Below, piece by piece: positions 11,801-22,680 of a stretch of DNA of 64,000 nt. The notes below the pieces were generated by a model. That model saw nothing but the letters and a program-made list of their open reading frames with translations. It did no database searches and was not told where the DNA came from. Numbering within the stretch: the first letter of the stretch is position 1; the number at the start of each line of letters is the position of its first letter. Source of the DNA: Ascidiella aspersa (lineage: Eukaryota); assembly GCA_963924565.1 (NCBI GenBank), contig OZ004615.1, forward strand, positions 15,562,001 to 15,626,000, written 5' to 3'. The position numbers and the translations under genes were made by a program.

Positions 11801-14800
11801 GCGCGATGAAAGGGTTCGCCATCCCTGGTCTAGGAGATGCCGTAAGGCACATTGTATGTTGTAATACATTTCACATTGATTTATAATTGGTTCAGACAAG
11901 GATGAACATAGATAAGATGCAACGTAACTAACATTTATTTGTTAACATTAAGTTTGTCACTTGGAATTTTAGCGCATCGCAAGAGAATAACAGGATCAGG
12001 GTTATAATATCCCACTAGCCGACCAATTTGCATGTTTTTGCGGTTACTTTTCCGTTGCAAGGTAAATTGGCACAATCAATATTAAATCATCGGTTAAAAA
12101 CGCGACTTGGACAAATTTACACGAATAAGCAAAGCATAATAGATTATAGTGATTATGTGACTATGTGTTCACATCGCTTATTTCACAATAATTACTTTCC
12201 ACTTAACAGCACCGGGACAGACAGTCGTCCTTAAGTATGTAATTCCAAATTTAAGGAAACGGTAAATACGCTATTAAGCTTATGTAACACCGGGTATTTC
12301 GTCTAGTATTTAACTAATTGGATAGAGGCCTGTGAGATAAGAAAATATTTAATATGGTGAATAAACAATTTGTTAATTTAGAATAACGCACTAACGCAGT
12401 GCACATATAAAGAAATGTTAAACAAATAAAGAAATGTCTTTTTTACTTTATATCTTTCTTCATTTAAGACGTTTAGCATAGGTAGACAGCAACGTATTTT
12501 AACATTTGGTAAAGTCATGGCATGAAATCATAGAATAATAAAAAATGCTTTATTTATTTCGTTAATCTAAAAATATTTATGTGCTTCTATAATCTCTGAA
12601 GTCTCGCAAATGTATAAATGGCAAAATGTTATTTGAATGGAGATAAGTTATAAGTCAAATGCCGTTAAAAACAGTAAACTGCTACAAAAACTGTTGGTAT
12701 AAAACACTTAACGGTTCCCTAACAAAAGTGACTTGTCCTATACAACTTTTACTTTTCAGTGTAAAAAATGTTCGTTTTAAGCTATTGAAATCACCTCACT
12801 TAAATTCATATCATAACAGCTTTTCTTACGTGTAACAAAGATCGGAATCGTCGTTGCACATGGCATAATTGTCCAGTAGGGACCACTGAGGCAACACGCA
12901 ATAGTTGACATTCTCTGTGATGCCGAACACTGACTTGTAACACTTAAACCCAGGTAAGTTGCGGAAATCGTCAGCCCGACCCGGACAGTCCTGGTACTCA
13001 TCGCACGAGTACGTACGAAACACGCACGTTTTCGGATCCGTTTGACAGCGAAACATCCGCGGATCTGGACAGCTTTCGATCTCATCACTGCAATCGCCGC
13101 AGTGATCCATTCCATCACATAGTAGGTACCTTTTGCAATATTGCCGTTTTAACTATTCGAAGAGTAGACACAATCAGCTAAACATGACGATATACTTCAC
13201 AGAAAATTAATCAGTATTAGTGAATATAGAATGGTATGTTTGTAGCAATCACTTAAACTCATGATTACAACCAGTAATCATGTTTTTTTATTGAAAAAGA
13301 CTAAGTGGGTTATGTACTTGCCGAGTGACAAATATTGCAGGGCACTCCACTTTCGCGTTCTCATTTGAAGAATTAATTTGGTAAAACCTGAAGGCTACCA
13401 AATTTACACCCTATTTTTACTAGAGCACGCGTATAGCCTACTGGCCTTGCTCGAAATGTTTTTCGGGCAATCAGAAATATTACTTTCAAGATGCCAATTT
13501 TAATATACCAACCTGGGGATGCAGCGTTTTTTGTTGTGGCAGTGGAATTCTCCTTCCACGCACGTCTCGTTGTTAAGTGGCGCCACTTCATCGCTTCCAT
13601 CCTTGCAGTTTGTCATCTTGTTCCCCCTCCACGACCGCGGGATGCAGCGTCCTCCATTTGCGCATCGAAACTCGCGACTCGGATCGCACTGGAGGCTTCG
13701 CAGCTCGTCGGATCCGTCCGTACAGTCGCGGTATCCGTCCACGACCCGGTATCTTGCGATGCAGCGCTGATCAGCCTCACACCTGAACTCTGTGGCGTTA
13801 TTGCAGGTTGAGAGTGTCAACGCTTCGTCTCGTCCGTTGGCGCAGTCCTTCACTCCATCTGCTACCCACTCCCTTGGAATACACTGAAGGCTGCTGTTGT
13901 TGTTATTGTTTACTAGACTGGAGTTGTTTATCGAGAGGCAGGAAAATTCTGATGGAAGGCAAAATGGTAAGCTTTGCTTCTCGTCGCTGTCATCAATAAT
14001 CAGCTTCCCGTCGCAGTTCCGCACTACGTTCATTACCATCCAGCGTGGGATGCATATCTTGCTCAAAGCGCACGCGAACTCTGTCGTAAAAAGCTGTTTT
14101 TAGGTATATTTTAACTTGAAATGAGTTGTTTTCAGATTAAACAGTATTTGTCATTTACAAAATGCTTTTAGCGCAAATACTTAGTCGAATATTTTGGACT
14201 ATATGTTATGACTTAAGTTAGTAACAACAATTATATGCACATGTCACTGATTTTAAAAGAATGGATTTTATATTTCGGAAAAATGAATGGGCTTGGACTT
14301 ACGTCTATTGGGGTGATTTCAGAAATTGTCTTAAAATATTTTTCGAAACATTTTAGGTTAATAAAAAATCACTTGGCCTGGGACTTGACTTACCATTTTC
14401 CCTATTTACTTTACTTAAGTAATTGTGAATAACCTCAGCAGTTATATTAGGTATTATACTAAATTTGAGGTATATTTAAACAGTTTGATCTTCAATTACT
14501 GCCAAATATATTTAATGACAGTACAAAGACAAACAATTGGCACTTTATTTTTGTAGCATGTGAAAAATATGCGAATACCTCGTTTCGGATAATGTTCTTT
14601 ATCACGTTGTAAATCCTTACTTGTATTATTTAAATTACATGCGTAGTGGGTATTTAGTTTTAGTTTTCTACAACTTACCGTTTTCTCGACAAGGCAGCAC
14701 CAAACTTTCGTTTCCCCTGCAGCTCCTCTCAGTGTTGATCAGATATCTTGGGGTACATTTTAACGAGAAGCGGCAGCGAAATTCGTCGTCCGTACAGTTT

Positions 14801-17800
14801 AGGGGCGCTAAAGGACATACACGTGGTTGGTTGGTATTGTTCAATATTTACGATAAATTGTAAAAAAAAGTAAGCGAATTTAAATTGATAACGTTTGTTG
14901 TTAGGTCCTTTTTTAGCACGGGTATAGACCTTCAGTTTTAAAATATCTAGAAAAGAGTCCGTATAGCTTTTTATATTACGGTGAGTGTCGTCGCTGTCAT
15001 CTCTGCAGTTCCACTCGTAATTTCGAACCATTTCCCTGTCGATGCAGCCACCACTTGTTAAGCAACGGAAGTATCCATCTTCGGGTCGACAAAGCCTCTT
15101 CGAAGGATAGTTGTTACCTTTACAATATTTTTAGTTCGTTGAGTGGATTTCAACTAACAATAAGGTTATTTGGCAACTTTTCGCGAATCTAAAAATGAAA
15201 AAAGATGAAGCGGAGCATAGTGAGCTTAGCAGTTTAATTTTGTACCATAAACGTACACGTAAATTTAGTCTCACTGTAATTCTTCTACCTGGTGTAGTTC
15301 CAAATTTGGTTGGTTGCGAAAAGTTTGCCATACGGTTATTTGTATAACAACCTTGCTTAAAAAATATAAAAAAAGTAAAAGATAAAACATTGCACTTTAA
15401 ACCCAGAGGGCCAGATAGGTAGTAATGGTTTGCATTATACGAGTATTCAATGAGCAGAATTCAAAATATTCCGGCGAGGATTAAAAATCAAAATTCAATG
15501 GTAGCCTAAATGAATTTATTAAAGAAATCGAAAACGGGTAAACAACTTGAAACCCCCTGAAGGGTTTGTTCATTCGTCATAGGTATCCAGAACTTTTCAT
15601 AAAGGGCTAATGCTGCTAATGCGTGTTGAAATAACAAATTTTAGATCTTATTTCTCGGTATTACTGCCTTGATGGCTTTGTTATGTCATTCATAATCTTA
15701 ATTTCATGTATATTAGATTATTCTTCTTAAGATATTGTTACTTTGCGGGTATTGCTGTGTATTCCCTTTGCGAATATAGCATTTTAGATCATATGAAGTT
15801 TCAATAAAAATCTCGATTGCAATTATCTGCATTTTTCAGAAACATTGTTAATAACTGAAATTCCGCCTTTTAAACTAAAAGTCATCTTAATTAAAAATAA
15901 TGAAAGACGGGTGCCCCAAGTAGCGGTTCCAGGAGAGGAAGTCAAGTAACAAGTCTGTATTTTTTGTCTATTTTAACTACGTAAATGCAAAAGATTCTCA
16001 ACGAAAATATTATTTATTTTTGAAGTGTTCAAGACCATATTTTTACAAAAATAGATTTCGCCTAAAGGTGCCGTGCGTCTAACCGCACAATCCAAAATAA
16101 AAGTTCTGTCAATATAAACGATATATAAGGACTTTTTTTTTGCAGATAACATCTTTGTAAACGCACTGAGGTACCGGTACTCTTCTTTTAGGACAGGGGT
16201 TCTTAAAGTGGGGTCCATGGACCCCTTGGGGGTCCGTAAATATCCCCTTGGGGGTCCGTAAAAATAGTTTTAGGGGGTCCATGAAAGCCTGCTTGAAATA
16301 TTAGTGTAAATTTTAAAAGTAATCATTTTTTCAAAGAAAGCAGTAACTAAACGGTTTTGCACTGACTGTATTTAGACTTCATTTCACTTTCACATTTTTT
16401 AGGCCGCAATCAACAGATTTATGAAGTTCATTTGTATTGTGACGTCAATTTATGACGTCATTTTTTGAAAAATTTTGCCTATGGTGGTCCACGCGACGTC
16501 AAAAAAAATTTTAGGGGTCCGCGGTAAAAAAAGTTTAAGAACCCCTCTTTTAGGAGGTTGCTTCTCTATGGCGTCACGTTTAGATGTTACGTTGGAACAG
16601 CACGCTATGTTGTAACTTTGTGACGTAATTTCTATTTTTAATGACTCTTTCAAAAACCTGTATCCTACGATTGGGTAGCCCCATAGTATAGTTGCACCGG
16701 TGCATTTTTCCTGGCATGTTATGAAAAACAGCAGTTGGCTTTAAGCCTCAATGAGAAAACAGTGTGGGATTAAGTGTCTTTTCGTCTTTAAAATCACAGG
16801 TTTTGGGGGTAAACTACGTTCGGTAAATAGATATTTTATGTAATTTGCTGTTGTTCGCATTCCTCAGCATATAAACAGCGATTGCGTTTAACTTGCGTAT
16901 GTTATTTGATTCATATTGCGCCCAAAGGTTTTCGGTCGACCCTATAGGCCTACTTCCCTAAACTCTAAATTTCAATTAAATGTTACTACATTCAGTCTTA
17001 TTGCACCATATTGAATCCTGGTGACTAATTTGGGTGATTTCATGTCACCTTTCTCGTCATGGAATTACCAAAGAAGTTCGGTTTCTATTTGTTTGACTCT
17101 GTTATGTTGTTTAGTGCGCAAAAACGGAAAAGCAGTTTAGTTTCAACCTAAAAAATTATATGTCTCGTGTTGAAGCATTTTACGTTTTAAACATTATGTA
17201 TTTAAGACAATTCATGAGTTTAGAATTAGCTTTGGTAAACCTACGTAACTTTTTTTTACTAGCTTTCACGAAAGCCCACAATGGAAACAACGCATTGCTA
17301 TATGGAGTTCTGTATTAGTGTCTTGGCATCGTCAGTCACTTGTTTTGGCGTTTTATTTAACGCAAATAAGTATTTTTTTAGGAGGGGGGTAGGGGATTAT
17401 GTGCAAAACTCTTTGATATTTTTGACATACCAAAATAACAAAAAGCTAAACAAAAAGCCAAAACAAACGTAGCATATTGTCTTAATAGGAAATGGGGAAA
17501 TTGTAAATAACTACCACAAAAAGCACAGCAAATATCGCTCGATACATTTGTCAAAATCAGATAAACACAACCATCTGAAGAAAAATCCAAGTTCAAGCTG
17601 AACCTAATGTGATAAACCATATCATATAGCTACAATAAAGACATAATTAAAAAAAAAGTTGTTGGGTGTATTTTACAATGAATTTTTTATAAGTTTTTAG
17701 TTTTATAAGCGATTTTTGTGACGTTTTTTTTCGCAAACGATTTTGACTGACATAACGTGTCAATGTAGCAAAATTTGTACTTTTTTGGCCAAGTGGAAAA

Positions 17801-18393
17801 TAATCGCCCTACTATACTGACTATTGAACGCCTAAAGAATGGATTTGATTTGTCAGCATTTCAGTTAAGAAAACTCTTAGCATATCGGTGGTAAAAGTTA
17901 TTTGAGAGCCTTTAATACGAAAACCTGTGTTAATTCACAATAAACTACAGTAAACGATTTTCATTTACGAGATTCAGGAAATTGTTCGTAGCCTTTAGAA
18001 ATGGTTCTAAGCCGTCAAATATGCCTTATTGCTCTACCAAAGAGGAATGATTTTTAGTTTTACTTAGGAATTACGGCAAACTGATGACTGAATATATAAA
18101 CAGTATAAACACGCATGGCGTCATAATGGCTTCTAAAACTGAGTATTTTTTACAAGGCTTTTTCGGAGTTTTTGGCACAAAAAAAAATGAAACTCCAAAT
18201 GCTTTTGGAAGATTTGGGTCTTTTTTGCCTTTTTGCTACTTTGTGGTGCATCCAACTATCATAACAAAGCGTAACACCAGTGTTAAGAACATAATATACA
18301 AAAGCCAAGCAGTTTACTTTAATTGAAACCACACTTACCCATTTGTAAAACACAGTTTAGCACCACCAAAGTCGAAACCACCGATAACCGCAT
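5894..18393 (-). CDS. Gene A: multi-LDLa, LRR-less RXFP/GRL101-like class A GPCR, ~1144 aa; complement(join(5894..7359,7610..7832,9088..9190,10685..11137,12830..13129,13513..14080,14679..14807,14980..15117,18339..18393))
   Basis: All 8 introns are GT-AG with consistent phases (1,1,1,2,2,2,0,1); 3435 nt open frame. Exon 1 is a signal peptide, [19 protein letters not shown]|gtaagt. Repeated F-x-C...C-I-P...D-C-x-D-G-S-D-E modules follow. 7TM motifs [44 protein letters not shown] and [12 protein letters not shown] are typical of RXFP1/2 and GRL101. Confidence 0.9.
9721..9945. mobile_element. hAT-type MITE (gene A intron 6)
   Basis: TIRs caggggtcgacaacc / ggttgccgacccctg; 8-bp TSD atttagaa/atttcgaa; empty site in gene B (~28290). 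Confidence 0.85.
11367..11827. mobile_element. hAT-type MITE (gene A intron 5)
   Basis: TIRs cagtgatcgcgaacc / ggttcgccatccctg; perfect TSD gtctagga; related copy at 51450-52045. Confidence 0.88.
16194..16547. mobile_element. hAT-type MITE (gene A intron 1)
   Basis: TIRs caggggttcttaaa / tttaagaacccctc; perfect TSD ttttagga; internal ggggtcc subrepeats. Confidence 0.85.
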
Positions 18394-18882
18394 TTCTTTC
18401 TTCGTATTCTTTTGGAATAAATCAAAGTTTTACTGTAGGCTAAATTATCTAAAATGATACGCACTGTTTTCTTTCTGAGCAAGCCTTTATTTTATTCATA
18501 ATCACAGTATGCTACATCCTAAATGTTTATTGTCCCGGAGACTTCTGCAATATTTCCCTCAGCAAAAACTAACCATCAATTTACCGAAAAGACTGCACTT
18601 TAAAAACAAAGTTGCCCAATGTGTGAAATGGTAGGCTCTAGCAAGTAGGTTGGTATATGAGTCACATCCGAGCCTGCAAACGTGAACTAAGTCGTTCTAA
18701 AACGAAAATAGCAAAAGGATAAATAGCTACAACATGCATGTACACAGCGGATGTTGAAAAGCTCTAAATCGACGTAGTAAACTGTTTACGCAATAACATG
18801 TCCTTAGTCACGACTCTAAAGTTAAGAAAAGAAAGCCATGACCAGTAATGAAGTGCTATTTCGTATTTCGCTTCTTGTAAAC

Positions 18883-20207
18883 CAGTGCTTGTCAACCTTT
18901 TTCGGAATGGTACACCCTTTTTAGGTTTACTCAAAACCTGTACACGCCAGTCCACGCAATACACCAAATCTGTAGTAAGCCCAATCGGAAAATGGATAAG
19001 CAAGGTTGCAAGTATAGGAAATCCGTAAGATATCTTTATACAAACACAACATTTTGTCAGTCATTTAGTGCGAGCGTTTCTGATGTTGAATTTTTTCAGT
19101 CAGTTGTGCGAACCGAGGCAGTAGCCTTGTTTCGAGTGCTCCTGTCATAAGCAGATAAACATCCTTGATATAATTTCTTTTTTGGTTTCAATTTCAACAA
19201 CAGCAGAAAATCTTTGCTCGCAAAGGTATGTCGTTGGCATGCGAACAAGGATTGAAATCGCTTTTTCACTAAGATTTCGGTATTTATGAATGTTGAGAAG
19301 CGATACCCAAAATTCCATCCGATCTGTTAGAAATTAGTGCAGTTCTAAGCATTAAGGCCTGTGACTACAACTCGGGCATCCAAGGGCAGAAAAGTTTGAC
19401 TTTTAGACATTGAGGTCGTGGTAATGCACTAATTGTACATTTGGGTAAACTCCCGGCATAGATAAATTTAAAATAATCGGTGAAAGTTCACAAAAGATAA
19501 AAAATGTGAGATAGAATTAATAATACTTGACCTACCTGAATAAGTTAAACGCTATCCTGAATCCTACCTCAAATAATTTATGTTAATTTAATAATTATTT
19601 GAACGCTGAGGAAATAGCCTAAACTCTGGGGGCAGAAGATAACTTCTCGTCCAAGGCCGCGTAACCAAAATATGTGGTCCGCCCGCGGTGTGCTTTGGTT
19701 TTTGATCCGCACCACAAACATTCAGTTGCAGGCTTTTGAAATTGCTTTATGGCATCGTTCCAACCATAATTTGCTCTAGTGTGTCACAAATTTTAATTCC
19801 AATATTCTTAAGTTACCGGTACTATTTTGTGCTAGCAAACCTTAAACGTGTACAGCAAAAACTGCAGATGCTTACTTTAACATCGTTTAAGTCGTGTATG
19901 TCGATTGGCACAAAGTCACGTCAAAACAACAGGGTACTGCAGGTCAAACTGGTCGCACGATAATATAATATAATAGGAATATCACCTATATAATAATAGG
20001 AATATTACATCATATATAATAGGAATAATACCTCACAATGGTCAGTGACAGGCGGCAAAATAACGCAACTGCTATCAGATAGCTATAGTCATCGGCCTAT
20101 TGTCATGCGTTATCTGGTACACCCCTGTACACCCCATCAAAGTGGTACACCCTTTAAAAATTGTGGTACACCCTGGGGAGTACGATACACCCGGTTGAAA
20201 AGCACTG
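18883..20207 (-). mobile_element. Internally deleted Buster/Charlie-type hAT transposon with transposase C-terminal remnant
   Basis: TIRs cagtgcttgtcaacc / ggttgaaaagcactg; perfect TSD ttgtaaac. 19065-19318(-) reads MEFWVSLL...MPTTYLCEQRFS...ETKK, then a frameshift, then ...LLPRFAQL...QHQKRSH*, matching the hATC dimerisation domain of ZBED5/FAM200-like transposases. Empty site in the gene B upstream region (~37775). Confidence 0.9.
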
Positions 20208-21420
20208 TTGTAAACTATCATTCCACAGAAATATCTTTATATTGCTCAAAATTGTTGTTGAACGCAGGTAGAACACATATCCAAACGGAAACGAATGAAA
20301 CAAAAATTACAGGCTACTTAGTGCTTATATTAAATGTTTCATTTTGCGGAATTGTTTGTGGACGCATGTAGTCTAAAATACTATCTTATTCCATATCTGT
20401 TTGGATCTGTCCTGCAGACATAAACACCTGTCCACATTTACAGTTACTATGTAGTTCTACGAAAGTAAGCGCCTTGTTTGGCACTATTAAAACGGTAATA
20501 TTTTTCCAGTTTGTTTTGTTCTTGATCAATAACGCCATTAAAAATATGTTCGTAAAATCGACGTTCGTCGTGTTACCATCTATAATACTAAAGAAAAGAT
20601 AACGGCATGGTTCATGCAAATCGCTTTCGGTGAAAAAGTTCGCCAAACTGGTTCCCCCCTGGACAACTTTCATAGGGTTGAACTAATTATACAAATATAA
20701 TAACCTTAAGTAGGGTGAGCAAAAGTTGCTCAATCCCGCCACTTGGTAACGGTGGAATTAGAATCACTTTTGGAAGAACATTGCCTGCGAACTAACTTCC
20801 AGTCGTAAAACTTAATAGGCCTATGTTTGAAATAATTTATTTTGCTTCTAACAAAATTTATTAAAATCTGCAAGTTTTATGAAAAGTTTTCGTTTCATTT
20901 TTTAAATTGGAATTATAGCCGCTTGTGTTTGTGCTACTATGGGTTTCTTGGAGTTACACGGATGAACCTTACAACATTACAAATATGATTTATAAAAACA
21001 TAGTTCGTCTGGTACTTGCCTTTGGTGTATGAACAACTGCACGATCTTTTATTTTTGATCAAATGCTTAAAAAGTTAAACTTAGTCATTTTGCTTTGAGT
21101 GCTATTGCATCTCTTCATATCATCGAAGGTATAAGGACCTATTTAATTACAATTTTGCTTATTTCTAGATAAACGATAAAAGTTATCCACCGTTCAAACT
21201 TTTCTTTATCCATATTTTATATATGATAACAGGCTAGCTGCTAGCAACAGGGGGACTCAAACTTTTTTGCGCGAATCTATAATGTTTTTACAATATTGCC
21301 GTTGTATTGTGTTTCGTCACATCTTTTGAAACACAATACAGGAATGTTTAATTTTTAAGCTTGACATTTTTATTTGCTTTCGACATCACAGACTTTCAAC
21401 TGTGGATTAAATGCACCTAC

Positions 21421-22176
21421 TGTTACGCCCCGCCGCGACTTGTGTACTGGGGGTGACACCTAACCCTAAACAGCTGTCCGGCAGGATGCAACCGCGTGAA
21501 TTCTTATTGGTTGGCGAAGGTTTCTGGTCAGATATGCTACCTGTCAAAACCACAACTAAAATACCAATTAAAAGTATATTGTTACAAAGTGAATTAAAAC
21601 GTAATCAAAAAGCATTAATGAACGTATATTGTTTTCAAAGTTAGTGTGTGACAGACAGCCACCGCGTATTACGGCGACTGTCCGCTTAAGACTGCGCCAA
21701 AGACTCCGCGAAAAGTGCGCGAAAAAACACTAAGACACGGCATAAAAAGCGAGAAAGTTACACGTCATATTTGGCCATGAAAGAATGGCAGACACTTTGC
21801 AAACATAGCTAGGCACTCTTTCAACTTTACGGCTGGCTGTTCTAAGGCCAATTTGCGGCGACGGTAAGGCGTGTTTATCACCGCCCGCAGGACTGTTTAT
21901 AGATTGAGAGAATAAAGGTTAAATGACAGGCTAGAACATGGCGAACTGAAGCAGGAAAACTTAGGAATTTTACACACAACAATACGGAAAACTTTACATC
22001 ATCAAATATGATATTATGTAACTGAATAAAATGTTTGGCAAACGAAAGCTGTAACACGTATACTAAAACCCTATATTATCATTTCATAAAATAACTTAAT
22101 ATTAATATGAACTCTAAGATTTGGCTTATGACAATTACTTAATTTAGGTGTTTTATGTGTAAGTGAACACGTAACA
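21421..22176. mobile_element. Solo LTR (756 bp)
   Basis: Termini tgttacg...cgtaaca; 5-bp TSD cctac on both sides; empty homologous site at ~40828. Confidence 0.8.
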
Positions 22177-22680
22177 CCTACAACACGTTTGTCAATATCA
22201 GCTCGATAAAAATCAATGTGTCGAGCACGACCAATTTGTTGTGTGCCCAGTGCGAGAAGCCTCCTGGATTTACAGTTTATCGCCAATTCAACCAATTAAA
22301 CTCAGTTTATTTCGCGCTTCGCGTGACCAGCAATACCCTTCACTATTTTCAACTTACCTCAGTGATATTTAATTGAAAATGCCCAATTGCTTTTCGTGGG
22401 GGGCACAAGGCATAGGAAAAAATTGTACAATTAATCACCCCAAACTGACTGAATTAACGAAATTCTCTTAATTCCGTTCTCTTACTTCCAATCGGCAAAA
22501 CAACTTTACCATTTGAGAGAACGAGAAGTTTACCATTTGCTGCAAAAATTAAACTCAGATTTTGGAATTGTTTTCCTATACCTATAATAGTATACGGTGG
22601 AGATCGTCTTCTTTTCAGTAATATCTCACCCATTCAATATTCGAATTTTTTTTGTTGCAGCAGAAACATCAAATAAATAT

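Noticed and set aside
12281-12306. Complete Helitron in intron 5 of A/B
   Set aside because: Only a decayed 3' end (caccgggtatttcgtctag) is recognisable; no 5' terminus could be defined.
13491-14103. Conserved antisense/alternative-frame ORFs over the LDLa and 7TM exons
   Set aside because: Shadows of GC-richer coding exons; their conservation follows from paralog identity.
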